A DNA stretch of 64,000 bases from an uncultured Gemmatimonadaceae bacterium. GTDB taxonomy: Bacteria; Gemmatimonadota; Gemmatimonadetes; Gemmatimonadales; GWC2-71-9. Each line of letters begins with the position of its first letter. Within the stretch, counting starts at the first letter, position 1. The translations under genes were made by a program, and so were the position numbers. The stretch lies in assembly GCA_964580055.1 (NCBI GenBank), contig CAZOJI010000013.1, positions 22,018 to 86,017 of the forward strand, written 5' to 3'. The notes under the pieces were generated by a model. That model did not search any database and was not told the origin of the DNA. It was given only the letters and a program-made list of their open reading frames with translations. Below, in pieces: positions 1 through 9,611 of the stretch.

Positions 1-388
1 GCAAAGAGCCTACCGGGCCGCAGTTCAGGTAGCGCCGCGTGGGCCGCCCGGCCCAGGGGGCTGCGACGGCGTTGCGCAAAAGCCAGTAAAAATCCCTCTC
101 CTGGGTCACGGTCAGCCTTTCGGCTATCTGGTCGTAGGTGTGCAGGAATTCCTGTTGGATTGCGTCTCCCTCCTGCCAGTGCTCCTGTCTCCTCTCGAGC
201 ATTGCGTTCAGCTGATCCAGCAACGGTGCCAGTTCTCGTGCAGCCTCGTCGCTCAAAGCCAGTTCTCTCGCAATGGCGTCCATATCCAGGTCAGCTACGT
301 CTGTTTGCGCTACCGTTGAAGTGGCCCCAGACACCGACACCAGCCCCGCTGCGAGAATCCCCACCGTCGACCTAGTCAGATTGTTCAC
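1..388 (-). CDS. secreted Spy/CpxP-like (LTXXQ-type) periplasmic protein; 3-prime end lies outside the window
   Basis: The minus-strand frame is open from GTG at 388-386 (GGAGGG immediately upstream) to the window edge. I verified the first ~35 codons by hand. The N-terminus VNNLTRSTVGILAAGLVSVSGATSTVAQ looks like a signal peptide. The body is helical and Glu/Leu-rich, with an LTVTQ motif. It is absent from the ORF track because it has no stop inside the window. Confidence 0.45.
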   Translation of the reverse strand, partial: MNNLTRSTVGILAAGLVSVSGATSTVAQTDVADLDMDAIARELALSDEAARELAPLLDQLNAMLERRQEHWQEGDAIQQEFLHTYDQIAERLTVTQERDFYWLLRNAVAAPWAGRPTRRYLNCGPVGSL

Positions 389-413
389 GATCCCTCCATT
401 GTTGAAACGCGCA

Positions 414-563
414 TCAAAACGGTCGCGAAGTCCGGCCGGTATCCGGGTCTTGAACGGGTCGAAACCCTCGCAGTACTTCAACGGTCAGAGCGAAACTCAT
501 GACTGCAAGGAAAACCAGCCCGCCACCAACCAGAACCAATGTTATGATGCTAGGAACCGACAT
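414..563 (-). CDS. small single-pass membrane protein (49 aa), function unknown
   Basis: Internal ATG at 563 of track ORF 414..626, with GGGAGC 7 nt upstream. MSVPSIITLVLVGGGLVFLAVMSFAL forms one clear TM helix. It could instead start at GTG 626. I recognised no homology. Confidence 0.3.
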   Translation of the reverse strand: MSVPSIITLVLVGGGLVFLAVMSFALTVEVLRGFRPVQDPDTGRTSRPF

Positions 564-875
564 CTCTATTGCTCCCGCGTTGTCGTCCTCTTGATGTGCT
601 TCGCCGGGTGTCCTCCCGACCTTCACCCACCTCTACAATTCGCACCTGCGGAACGTTTAAACGGGACCCTGGGCACGAGTAGCGGCATACCCGCGGTTGT
701 AATGAAGCCAAGCGGTCATCAAGTGATCGACGGCTCAACGACACCGATTCGAATGCCGTAGCCGGCGGTGCCGCAAAGAAGAGATCGTCTATGGGGGTTC
801 TGGGGTTGTGGTTCTTCTACGCCCAAAGTACGGTGCGTAGCGCGGGACCGGGGGGTGGAATGGCCCGCGGGGCTA

Positions 876-3797
876 TCAGGCTACTTGGCGCCGCGCCAGA
901 TCAGCGAAGAGGCCGTCGCGCGACATCAGTTCCTCGTAGGTCCCGACCTGTACTACGCTACCCTTGTCCATGACGTAGATGCGATCGGCGTTGATGATGG
1001 TGCTCAGGCGGTGGGCGACCACGACGCGAGTGGTGTTCAACTGCTCGAGACTGTCGCTCACGTGAGCTTGAGTTCGATTGTCGAGCGCGCTGGTTGCTTC
1101 GTCGAACAACAAGACTCGTGGTTTTCCGACAACCGCGCGCGCAATCAAGAGTCTCTGTCTCTGGCCTCCGGATAGCGTGCCGCCCCCCTCAACGATGAAG
1201 GTATGCATCCCCATGGGCATCTGCTCGATATCCTGGTCGAGTCCCGCCATTCTCGCCGCTTCTGCGGCATCTTCGTGTGTCAGTTGAGCCGATCCCACAA
1301 TGTTCTCGAACACCGTTCCAGGTAGCACTTGGGCGTTCTGTAGCACGACTCCAGTCTGGCGACGCACTGCCTGAACATCCAGTGTGGCGAGATCTTGGCC
1401 ATCATAGTAGACGGATCCGCTCTCCGGCGTTTCGAATCCCAGCAGCAGCCGGAAGACACTGGATTTTCCCGCTCCCGAAGGACCGACTATGGCAACGAAC
1501 TCCCCATTCTGCACCTGGATGGAAACGTCGTCGAGGACGAGTGGGCCGTCCGCATGATATCGGAACGAGACATGGCTAAGCTCAATCGCACCGCTCAATT
1601 CACCTGGTGGGGTTTTGGCCAGGTTGACTTCCGGGACCGAATCCAGAATTGGCTTCGCCCTTTCGTACAAGGGAATAGCCGAGAGCAATGTAATGACCAC
1701 GCCACTCATCTGGAGAGCCGCGCCGAAGAACTGCCCGAACGCGGCATTGAACGCCAGAAATGAACCCGTCGAGAGAGAACCTGCCGCTCCAACTCCGGTT
1801 CCGCCCATCAAGAACACGAGTGTTCCAAAAATGAACATCGAGGCCACCAAGGGGAATGCGGCATTGAACACCTGCAAGCCGTTTTCGACGGATTGAGCGC
1901 GAAAGGCCAGGCGTCGCTGTTCGGTGAACTCGCGGGCCCAAACCGCAAACGCTCTTGCTTCGGCCCCTGCGACCCGGAGCTTCGACACACCAGTAATGAA
2001 CTGAAGCACCAATCCCTCTATTCTGCCTTGGACCTTGAGCAGGGCCCTCTCCAGGCGTACTTCACGCACGCCGGCGAGCAGCATCGCCGCAACAGCGACG
2101 AGCACCATGCCGGTTGCCACAAGCGCGAGCTTCCAGCTGTAGTAGAACAACAACGCGAAGCTGAACACGGAGAACACTCCTCCGAGCAGCGAGGATATGG
2201 CCGCGCCGGTCAGGAGCCTTCTGATCGAATCGATTCCCAAAGATCTGCTGGCGAGATCCCCTGCCAGGTAGTCGCGGAAGAATGACGGAGGAAGAGTGAG
2301 TAGGCGATCCCACACACCCGCCTGAACGGCGGCGGCCATCTTGCTCTCTATGCGCAAGACCGCTAGTGAGCGTGTTAATTGGAACAGACCGGTTCCGAAC
2401 ATCATAACGCTCAGTGCCAATGCGATCTGCAGTAGGACCCGGCGTTCGCCGCTCGGAATGATCGTGTCGATGATTATTCCCGTGGCAATGGGAGTGAACA
2501 ATGCCAGCAGACCGACTGCAATACTCACCGCCAGCATTGTAGCGACGTCGGGAAGCGGGCTGGCGCGAAATGCGAATTTCAAGACTTGCCATGCACGGAG
2601 GGCCTGCGCCGGGAAGGGGCGGTAGAACATGAAAGCGAACGACGACATATTGTTCGCCAGGGTGGCATTGACGTACACCCGGGTGTCTGCTGAGGGGTCG
2701 ACGGCCTCATAGGCGCTACCCGACTTCGGAATGAGTGCGATCGGCGTCTCGTCGTCCTCGAGAAAGCCGAGCAAGGGCCCGTTGTCACGTTTCCACCACT
2801 CGTCCCGGAGTGCAACACGCCGCGCTCTGACGCGCGAAGCTCTCAGCAGTCGGTTGAGTCGGTCCACCGCGGGTCGGTCGTGGTGGCCGCCGCCTGCGTC
2901 TGTGATCTCGATACCAGTCTCCCGTCCTACGAGCTTGCAGGCCGTGAAGAGTGGGTCCAGCTCGCCGGTCCTTACAGCCGTGAGTCTGGATTCTTCGTCC
3001 ATCGCTGAGGCGAGATGAGCGATTGCACCATCCATTGCGGATTGATCCGCTTCTTGTCTCCGCTGGATGCGTTCGCGCTCCGCGGCCTGACGTGCAACCT
3101 CCGCACGTACGACGCATGCTCTGATGATTCCGTGAAAGCGTTCGATGCCCTGCCAGAGGGATCCGTCCTCGAGCAAATCTGCGGTGGTTGCTGAGGAGCA
3201 GATGCCGGCGTCGGACGCCTCGATCCACGTTTTGGTCGTCAGAGGAATCCAACCTGTCTCGGGCCTGACGCGGTGCTCAGCAAAAGAGAGGAACTGCGAA
3301 ACACCCTCGAGCTGGCGTACCCACACGATGCCCCTAGCAGAGTGTATCGTGTTATTCGCCGCCAAAGAACGTTCCACGCCTCCACTGAGTGGAACGGCAC
3401 CCTTGGGCTCAGTGGATGGGGCTATCACGTTGGAGATGGCCGCTATCCAGCGGTCTATCGCAGATGCCAGCGCCGCGGCGACGTCACCATGCTTCACCGC
3501 GGCTCGTAACCGAGATACACTGATGCGTGAGAGAAGCGTCTCCTGCTCCGGTACAACCAGGATTGCCACAATATCGTCGCCTGTTTGGCCAACGCTCAGC
3601 AGTACTTGCCCTGCACTGAGGTGCGTGAGGAAGCGGCGCGAACCTGGTTCCCCGTCGACAATTCGAACCGCGAAGATGTCGACGCCTCCCGATACGATGA
3701 AACAGGCCGTTGACGGGTCGTCGAGCAAGAATGGTCGGTTGGCGGAAGCTTTTTCCTCAGTGCCAAACTCGCGGAAAAACTGAATCAGGGGATCCAT
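876..3797 (-). CDS. NHLP/Nif11-type bacteriocin export ABC transporter, permease/ATPase subunit without peptidase domain (TIGR03797-like as I recall it)
   Basis: 973-aa ORF. The C-terminal ABC ATPase has Walker A GPSGAGKSS, signature LSGGQRQR and Walker [13 protein letters not shown] multi-TM exporter core precedes it. The N-terminal extension is ~450 aa, and its first ~150 aa resemble a cNMP-binding-type beta barrel. There is no C39 domain. It lies 6 nt downstream of the C39-ABC gene. Confidence 0.85.
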   Translation of the reverse strand: MDPLIQFFREFGTEEKASANRPFLLDDPSTACFIVSGGVDIFAVRIVDGEPGSRRFLTHLSAGQVLLSVGQTGDDIVAILVVPEQETLLSRISVSRLRAAVKHGDVAAALASAIDRWIAAISNVIAPSTEPKGAVPLSGGVERSLAANNTIHSARGIVWVRQLEGVSQFLSFAEHRVRPETGWIPLTTKTWIEASDAGICSSATTADLLEDGSLWQGIERFHGIIRACVVRAEVARQAAERERIQRRQEADQSAMDGAIAHLASAMDEESRLTAVRTGELDPLFTACKLVGRETGIEITDAGGGHHDRPAVDRLNRLLRASRVRARRVALRDEWWKRDNGPLLGFLEDDETPIALIPKSGSAYEAVDPSADTRVYVNATLANNMSSFAFMFYRPFPAQALRAWQVLKFAFRASPLPDVATMLAVSIAVGLLALFTPIATGIIIDTIIPSGERRVLLQIALALSVMMFGTGLFQLTRSLAVLRIESKMAAAVQAGVWDRLLTLPPSFFRDYLAGDLASRSLGIDSIRRLLTGAAISSLLGGVFSVFSFALLFYYSWKLALVATGMVLVAVAAMLLAGVREVRLERALLKVQGRIEGLVLQFITGVSKLRVAGAEARAFAVWAREFTEQRRLAFRAQSVENGLQVFNAAFPLVASMFIFGTLVFLMGGTGVGAAGSLSTGSFLAFNAAFGQFFGAALQMSGVVITLLSAIPLYERAKPILDSVPEVNLAKTPPGELSGAIELSHVSFRYHADGPLVLDDVSIQVQNGEFVAIVGPSGAGKSSVFRLLLGFETPESGSVYYDGQDLATLDVQAVRRQTGVVLQNAQVLPGTVFENIVGSAQLTHEDAAEAARMAGLDQDIEQMPMGMHTFIVEGGGTLSGGQRQRLLIARAVVGKPRVLLFDEATSALDNRTQAHVSDSLEQLNTTRVVVAHRLSTIINADRIYVMDKGSVVQVGTYEELMSRDGLFADLARRQVA

Positions 3798-3802
3798 GCC
3801 GC

Positions 3803-6016
3803 TTAACCCTCTGCGCTGATGAGGCCGGCGTAAGGGCCTTCCTGTTCGATTAGCTCGTCATGCGTGCCTCGCTGAACCACCCTGCCCTGGTCAAGGACGA
3901 CGATCTCATCGCAGTCGCGAATGGTGCTCAATCGGTGGGCGATTATGAGACACGTGCACCCCCTGCGACGGAGGTTGGTGTCAACCTGCTTTTCTGTTAC
4001 CGGATCGAGGGCGCTCGTTGCCTCGTCCATTATCAGTACCGAGGGGTTGCCGACGAGCGAGCGAGCGATCTCGAGACGCTGCCGCTGGCCGCCACTGAAG
4101 TTACGTCCGCCCTCCTCCACATGACCGTCGTAGCCTCCGGGACGTGCCGCGATGTCTTCGTGTATGCACGCATCTCTTGCAGCTCGAAGGATATCCGTCT
4201 CAGGGATTGTCGAGTCCCATAGCGTGAGATTCTCTCTGATAGAGCCTTCATACAGAAAGACCTCCTGGTCGACCATTGCGAGGGAACTGGTAAGGCGCGC
4301 GCGAGGAATGTCGCGACGTAGAGAGCTGTCGAAGCGCAACTCCCCGCTCCAAGGGTTCCAGATACCGCTCGTGAGTTTGGCCACCGTCGACTTGCCGCTT
4401 CCGGTTGTTCCCACCAGAGCAACTCTCGCACCCGGCGAGAGCGTGAGACAGAAGTCTCTGAGCAGGGGCTCCGACAACCTGCTGTAGCCGAACGTTACGT
4501 TCATGAGCTCGACTTTCCCGTCCAGCTTGCCACCGTCTGCGGTTTCGTCGATCGGATGGGGCTTCACCCAGGCATGGTCGACTTCGTAACGCAACACGTC
4601 GTCGAGTCGGTTCATGTCGCCTTGAACTTCCTGGAGCGTTCCACCGACATTCACGAGCTCCTCGACCGGACCAATGAAACTCCGCATCAGGCTCTGAAAC
4701 GCAACCAACATACCGATGGTGAGATAGCCGTCCATCACGCGAATCGCGCCAAACCCGAGGATGGCGACACTGTTCAGGCCGGTTAGTAGGGGAGGCACGG
4801 CGAGAAGGAACTGGCTGTAGACACTGAGTTGTTGTTGGGCGTTCACGACTTTTGCGTACTGGCCCGACCAACGAGAGAAGAAATCTGACTCAGAGCCCGT
4901 GGCCTTCAGCGTTTCCATCATTTGCAGACCGACCATCGAGGTGCCTACCAACTTACCGCGTGCCTGGAGCAGTCGTTGGTTTCCGTCGACGCGTTTGCGA
5001 GCGACAATACGGAGCGCGACTACGTTCAGTATAGCGACTCCTATGCCAATCAGGGTCAAGGGGACGTCGTAGAAGAACATCAAACCGGCAAAGAAGACGA
5101 TCACGATCGCGTTCAAGAAGGTCGTGGCGAGTTTGCCGGACAACAGCTGGGCAACGCGGTCGTTGATTGCGACGCGCGAACCGATCTCGCCCCCGTATCG
5201 CTGCGTGAAGAACTCCATCGGCAGGCGCAACACGTGCCAAAAGAACTGCGCGGACATGCTGAGTGCGAGCTTGGTCTCCAACCGCAACAGGAAATGCTGG
5301 CGCAACCAGGTCAGGGCCGCTCGCATGGCTGCGGTAAGTGCCATCCCAACCAACAGAGGGGCTATCCAGTTGCTCAAACCCTTTACCAGCACCTCGTCAA
5401 CGAACACCTTGGTAAAGATGGGTATTACGAGTCCCGGAATCACCAAAGCGAGGCTGGCAAATACTACGAATGCAACGGCGAGCTCAGATCCTGAGAGCCG
5501 GCCGCGCAGCCCCTGGAGCATATTCCTCCTGCGGCCGCCGGGCTGGAAGTCGGGCCCCGGCTCGAAGACGAGAGCGATGCCGGTGAAGGCCTCGTCGAAC
5601 TCCTCCTCGGAAACCGTGCGAGGTCCGCTGGCCGGGTCGTTGAGGTAGACTCTACCGCGCTTGAAGCCCTCGACGACCACGAAGTGGTTGAAATTCCAGA
5701 ATACTATGATCGGGAGCGGTAGGGTTCTGAGTCCTGCGGGTTCCTTCTTGAAGCCCTTTGCTTTGAAGCCATATTGCCGTGCAACCTTCAGCATGTTGCT
5801 GGCTTTAGTGCCGTCGCGAGAAACTCCACAAGCGATGCGGAGTTCTTCGAGCCCTACATAGCGGCCGTAATACCCCAGCACGATGCCAAGCGCTGCGGCG
5901 CCACACTCGACGGCCTCCATCTGGAGGACAGTCGGAGTCTTGACTCGCCTCTTCCTCCGCGCTCCCTTTTTCGAGCGCGAGGCCCCAGGTCGCTGGGATG
6001 GGTCAGTACGTGCCAA
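3803..6016 (-). CDS. C39 peptidase-domain ABC transporter (double-glycine leader-cleaving exporter; TIGR03796-like)
   Basis: 737-aa ORF. The N-terminal C39 domain has catalytic Cys context [21 protein letters not shown] and His/Asp region NHFVVVEG...LNDPASG. A TM core follows. Walker A is GTTGSGKST, the signature is FSGGQRQR, and Walker B is [11 protein letters not shown]. It overlaps the upstream adaptor gene by 14 nt. Confidence 0.9.
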   Translation of the reverse strand: MARTDPSQRPGASRSKKGARRKRRVKTPTVLQMEAVECGAAALGIVLGYYGRYVGLEELRIACGVSRDGTKASNMLKVARQYGFKAKGFKKEPAGLRTLPLPIIVFWNFNHFVVVEGFKRGRVYLNDPASGPRTVSEEEFDEAFTGIALVFEPGPDFQPGGRRRNMLQGLRGRLSGSELAVAFVVFASLALVIPGLVIPIFTKVFVDEVLVKGLSNWIAPLLVGMALTAAMRAALTWLRQHFLLRLETKLALSMSAQFFWHVLRLPMEFFTQRYGGEIGSRVAINDRVAQLLSGKLATTFLNAIVIVFFAGLMFFYDVPLTLIGIGVAILNVVALRIVARKRVDGNQRLLQARGKLVGTSMVGLQMMETLKATGSESDFFSRWSGQYAKVVNAQQQLSVYSQFLLAVPPLLTGLNSVAILGFGAIRVMDGYLTIGMLVAFQSLMRSFIGPVEELVNVGGTLQEVQGDMNRLDDVLRYEVDHAWVKPHPIDETADGGKLDGKVELMNVTFGYSRLSEPLLRDFCLTLSPGARVALVGTTGSGKSTVAKLTSGIWNPWSGELRFDSSLRRDIPRARLTSSLAMVDQEVFLYEGSIRENLTLWDSTIPETDILRAARDACIHEDIAARPGGYDGHVEEGGRNFSGGQRQRLEIARSLVGNPSVLIMDEATSALDPVTEKQVDTNLRRRGCTCLIIAHRLSTIRDCDEIVVLDQGRVVQRGTHDELIEQEGPYAGLISAEG

Positions 6017-6848
6017 GGGTTCGCTTCAAAAAGGGAATCACGAGGGTGATAGGTCGTCGTCGTTCCGTGACGATCCTGACGCTGCATGCGGTACCGCTCT
6101 CGATGCCTATGTCCGGTCCCTGCGAGGACCACAGGAACCCGGTTCCACTGTCCGGGTCACGCAGCAACTGTACGACGATTTCGTAGGGCCGACCTCCCAT
6201 CGAGAACTGACTCGCTAGTTCGGGAGCGCCGAGTACTCGGACCATGCCTTGCTCCGTTACCGGGAATTCACTGACCGATATCACCCGACCGAGCATGTAA
6301 CCATATTCCTCGGGCCGCACCGTGGACAGTGCGATCTCGACTTCCATGGTGGGTTGAACCTTCTTCCCTTCAGCCAGCGGTGCATAGACCACCGCTTCCA
6401 GCCTGGCGTCGGACGGCTCTACGCTCAGGATCCGTGCTCCTTGCTGCACGTAGTCGCCTTCGACCATCAAGACTTCCACTACTCGGCCGTCGTGAGGGCT
6501 GGATACGTAGGTGATTTGATCACCCACTCTCGGTACGGAGTGGAGAAGACTCGCCACTACTTCTCCGCGCGAGATCATTTCTCCTCGCGAAACCTGAATA
6601 TCCATAACCTGACCTGACTGGGACGAGAGCACGCCGCGCAGTCCACCGCTGTTGACCAGAATGCCGTGTGCTGTGATCCTCGTCGATACGGTACCGAAGA
6701 ACCCCCAGAATACCGCCATCGCTAGAAGTGCAATCAGTGCAGTGAGAGCCAGCCAGCCGCGTCGACTCGTAACCTGCATCAATTGATCCAGTTGATCGGG
6801 AGAGGACAGTCTCTCCAGTGCCACTTTTCTGAAGATCGAGTTCTGCAT
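6003..6848 (-). CDS. HlyD-family secretion adaptor of NHLP-type bacteriocin systems (TIGR03794-like), unusually short
   Basis: 281 aa. The N-terminus [45 protein letters not shown] (SP-x-x-LD motif plus one TM) is typical of this adaptor family. Lipoyl/beta-barrel-like segments follow. No long helical hairpin is evident. Confidence 0.8.
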   Translation of the reverse strand: MQNSIFRKVALERLSSPDQLDQLMQVTSRRGWLALTALIALLAMAVFWGFFGTVSTRITAHGILVNSGGLRGVLSSQSGQVMDIQVSRGEMISRGEVVASLLHSVPRVGDQITYVSSPHDGRVVEVLMVEGDYVQQGARILSVEPSDARLEAVVYAPLAEGKKVQPTMEVEIALSTVRPEEYGYMLGRVISVSEFPVTEQGMVRVLGAPELASQFSMGGRPYEIVVQLLRDPDSGTGFLWSSQGPDIGIESGTACSVRIVTERRRPITLVIPFLKRTLGTY

Positions 6849-6885
6849 GGCTTTGAGGCTCCCTAGGGAACGCTGCGATTCGGTA

Positions 6886-7437
6886 TCAACTCGATGACGC
6901 GCCCATGAGTCGCTTCAACATCGCGTCAAATCGCGAGCCGGCAAGATGAATGTTGTCGAGTACGCCTGGATCCAGCTCGTCCTCGTACTCGACATCCATA
7001 TCCATGTCTCGGCCGCCCTCGTATCCCATCAGCGCAACGCTGCTGCGCAACCGGTCTGAGAGAAACAAACAGATTGCTCTGTAGAACCGCGCCGCAAAGG
7101 CAGGCTCGCTATCCAACCTCTCGGCCAGATCGGTTCGAGGCACCGCGAACACGGTGGAGCTTTGGATTGCCCTGACGGTGGCCGAGGGGGGGCGAGAGTC
7201 GACGAAAGACATTTCACCTACGATCTCACCGCAACCCAGGCGGTTTATCTCCTTGCCACCTAGGGCTGCTACCTCAACGGCAAGAGTGCCATCGAGAACG
7301 ATGAACACAGCGTCGAACGGCCGACCCTCATGTATCAGGATCTCGCCGGCTGGTAAGACTCGTTTCGACCCGACTTCCACGAGCCATTCGATATCTTGGT
7401 CGTTGACCTGCCCAAGCAGAAAAAGAACCTTCCTCAT
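6886..7437 (-). CDS. stand-alone cyclic-nucleotide-binding domain protein, first gene of the export operon
   Basis: Internal ATG at 7437 (GAGG about 6 nt upstream) of track ORF 6886..7566. MRKVLFLLGQV...AGEILIHEGRPFDAVFIVLDGTLAV...GEIVGEMSFVD..PPSATVRA matches the CAP/CNB beta-barrel pattern (G-E-x-S/A...R-x-A). The C-terminal tail is acidic (DMDMDVEYEDELD). Confidence 0.8.
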   Translation of the reverse strand: MRKVLFLLGQVNDQDIEWLVEVGSKRVLPAGEILIHEGRPFDAVFIVLDGTLAVEVAALGGKEINRLGCGEIVGEMSFVDSRPPSATVRAIQSSTVFAVPRTDLAERLDSEPAFAARFYRAICLFLSDRLRSSVALMGYEGGRDMDMDVEYEDELDPGVLDNIHLAGSRFDAMLKRLMGASSS

Positions 7438-7740
7438 CGGGGCCTCGCTTGAAGGGCAAAACTGAATAGAAGGTATCACCCATTCAAAAAAGTGCGAGTG
7501 TGAAGAGCGCGCCGGGTCTAATGGTTCTCGAATATCGGTGAACGCTATGACGTATGAGAAAACCATCGGCGCCGGGCACCGGCTGTAAGCGAACGGTCTG
7601 CCAGGCGATGCGCGACAGGATTAGCAGGAAGTACGTAACTGCTTTCGTCAATACGACTTATAGCGTGGCATCGTGTGCATGGCTGCGTTCGGCACGGGCT
7701 TCTCGCCAGCTCACAGCTCAGCCGCCACTAACTGACACGT

Positions 7741-7800
7741 ATATCACAATACAATTTAATGCTATAGACATTTATAATACAATGGCTAGATTACGTCGAC
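7741..7800 (+). promoter_or_regulatory. AT-rich putative promoter/operator in the divergent region between the XRE-like gene and the export operon
   Basis: This is a sharply AT-rich stretch in an otherwise GC-rich window. TATAAT lies at 7773-7778, about 23 nt before the ATG at 7801. The direct repeat ATACAAT occurs at 7749-7755 and 7777-7783. I found no convincing -35 element. Confidence 0.25.
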
Positions 7801-8472
7801 ATGCCCTCAAAGTCACGGGTTGGAAGACCCAGAGCCGAACTACCGGAGCCCGCGCATCCGCTGACCGAGCGAATCCGGCGGATCGTCGACGTTGTGCACG
7901 GCGGAAAGCTGCTCGATGCGAGCCGTTTGACCGGCATTCCGTACCCTACGCTGAACGATCTCTATATTGGGCGCACGGTGAACCCGAACACTGCAACGCT
8001 CGAGGTTTTGCGGAAGCCTTACGACATTCCCATGTCCTGGCTGTTCGGCGAGGAGGGGGCCGAAGCGTCCCCGCAAACCGGCCGATTCGTGTTGCTCCCG
8101 CCCCACCCGAAGGCTTCGGCGAAGCGAAGAGAGCTTCGCCGGGTTGAGATCCCATTTGCTGCTTGGTCCCTGTACGATGTGTTTTCGGTACTGGAGCAAT
8201 GTTTGAATTCGGCGGAGCCCAGTGTCGACAGACCAATAGTAGGAGAAGCCTCGGGCGATGCTCTGTCGTTTCGCCTTGCGACATTTCTCTTACAGCCCCT
8301 GCTTGCAGCTGAAAAGGCTGGTGAGCCGGGAGTGATACTCACCGTCGACGACGAGCGGGGTGGCGGTGCCGGCGCGCGCGCACGATGGGTGGGATCGCTT
8401 TCGCGCCTAGGCGACCTTTGGAAGTCTACGCTGTCGCATCTGCTCGCGGATGGTGGTCTGGCAACACCATAA
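7801..8472 (+). CDS. XRE-like helix-turn-helix transcriptional regulator
   Basis: 223 aa. The N-terminal LTERIRRIVDVVHGGKLLDASRLTGIPYPTLNDLYIGRTVNPNTATLEVLRKPYDIPMSWLFGEE has the layout of an XRE/Cro-type HTH. I did not recognise the C-terminal half. It is divergent from the exporter operon. Confidence 0.6.
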   Translation: MPSKSRVGRPRAELPEPAHPLTERIRRIVDVVHGGKLLDASRLTGIPYPTLNDLYIGRTVNPNTATLEVLRKPYDIPMSWLFGEEGAEASPQTGRFVLLPPHPKASAKRRELRRVEIPFAAWSLYDVFSVLEQCLNSAEPSVDRPIVGEASGDALSFRLATFLLQPLLAAEKAGEPGVILTVDDERGGGAGARARWVGSLSRLGDLWKSTLSHLLADGGLATP

Positions 8473-8479
8473 GAATCTG

Positions 8480-9019
8480 CTAGTTGGTCTCGACGCCGTA
8501 GCGCAAGGCCAGCAGGTCAACCTGACCGGATGCTGTCATTGTGACAACGTACAAATCGTCGTATTCCTCTTCCTCAATGGACGGAACAGGTTCGGCACCC
8601 AGTTCACGGATAATTGCTGGAACGGTATTCGAGTGGCTCACAACAACTACAGATTCGCCCTGGTGTTTTTTGCGAATGATTTCGGCCATGTCGGCAGGGT
8701 ACGACGGCTCCGCGCTGACGACCGCAACATCGAGGCCGAGTCGACGGGCGAGCGGCTCCGCGGTGTCTTGTGTGCGTGCGTACTGCGTCGCATACACGGC
8801 ATGGACGTCTGCCTCTCCCAATACGTGCGCCAGCGCTGTTGCGCGTTCCTCGCCGTCCGCCGTCAGTCTGGGATCGTCGCCGGTCTGCTGCTTCTCAGCA
8901 TGGCGCACTAGCACGATAGTCGTGATCGCATCCTCTTGCGCACCGGGAGGGGCTGACTGGCACGCGGTGAGAACCAACAGAATGGTTAGGAGGCGACACA
9001 TGGAAAACCGCGACATCAT
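8480..9019 (-). CDS. histidine phosphatase family (SixA/phosphoglycerate-mutase-like) lipoprotein
   Basis: Lipoprotein signal LLVLTAC. RHG-type catalytic motif in IVLVRHAEK. Second catalytic His context VVVVSHSNT. Confidence 0.8.
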   Translation of the reverse strand: MMSRFSMCRLLTILLVLTACQSAPPGAQEDAITTIVLVRHAEKQQTGDDPRLTADGEERATALAHVLGEADVHAVYATQYARTQDTAEPLARRLGLDVAVVSAEPSYPADMAEIIRKKHQGESVVVVSHSNTVPAIIRELGAEPVPSIEEEEYDDLYVVTMTASGQVDLLALRYGVETN

Positions 9020-9170
9020 TCACCACGCTCCGGCATTACGGGTGGCAGGGGATCTAATGCTCAATTCAACATCACCGAACCGCGCGGGTCTGGACCGGAA
9101 ATGCTGCTTCGGATGCCCGCCAGCGGTCCGCTATCGCGTCCAGACCCCGGCCTGGATACGAGCGTGCCGG

Positions 9171-9392
9171 CTAGCTCTTGTGCCGGAAAGTGATTCGGCC
9201 GCGGCTCAAGTCATAGGGCGACAGTTCAACTGTGACCCTGTCCCCAGCCAGGACTCGAATACGGAACCGGCGCATCTTGCCTGCTATCGTGCAGAGAACC
9301 GTGTGCCCATTCTCGAGTAGTACCCGGAATGTGGCATTCGGCAATACCTCTGAAACTGTCCCTTGAAGTTCGATAGCCTCGTGTTTCGCCAT
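9171..9392 (-). CDS. infA: translation initiation factor IF-1
   Basis: The 73-aa product [72 protein letters not shown] matches IF-1 along its full length. Confidence 0.95.
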   Translation of the reverse strand: MAKHEAIELQGTVSEVLPNATFRVLLENGHTVLCTIAGKMRRFRIRVLAGDRVTVELSPYDLSRGRITFRHKS

Positions 9393-9398
9393 ACCTAC

Positions 9399-9611
9399 TC
9401 AGTCGGAGACCTTGACCACGTTTTCTGCGGCCGGCCCTTTCTCTCCCTGCACGACCTCGAACTCGACGCTCTCGCCCTCGGCGAGCGATCTGAATCCCTC
9501 AGACTGGATAGCCGTGTGGTGCACGAAACAGTCTCGATCGCCACCGTCAGGAGTAATAAACCCAAAGCCCTTTGCATCGTTGAACCACTTTACCTTGCCC
9601 TTCGTGCGCAT
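9399..9611 (-). CDS. cold-shock protein (CspA family)
   Basis: Internal ATG at 9611 (GAGGG about 10 nt upstream) of track ORF 9399..9728. [29 protein letters not shown] contains the RNP1/RNP2 motifs. The product is 70 aa. Confidence 0.9.
   Translation of the reverse strand: MRTKGKVKWFNDAKGFGFITPDGGDRDCFVHHTAIQSEGFRSLAEGESVEFEVVQGEKGPAAENVVKVSD

Noticed and set aside
273-761. 162-aa + strand ORF, with ORF 160..375 nearby, at the window start.
   Set aside because: These overlap the better-supported minus-strand genes (a signal-peptide protein and a TM peptide with RBSs). Their translations are Pro/Ser/Arg-rich without motifs.
564-875. Search for a small double-glycine precursor ORF downstream of the exporter. 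A second search covered the upstream region at 7438-7800.
   Set aside because: Only trivial ORFs of 10-20 codons occur (for example MTAWLHYNRGYAATRAQGPV and MHTMPRYKSY). None has a leader-like helix or a GG/GA site.
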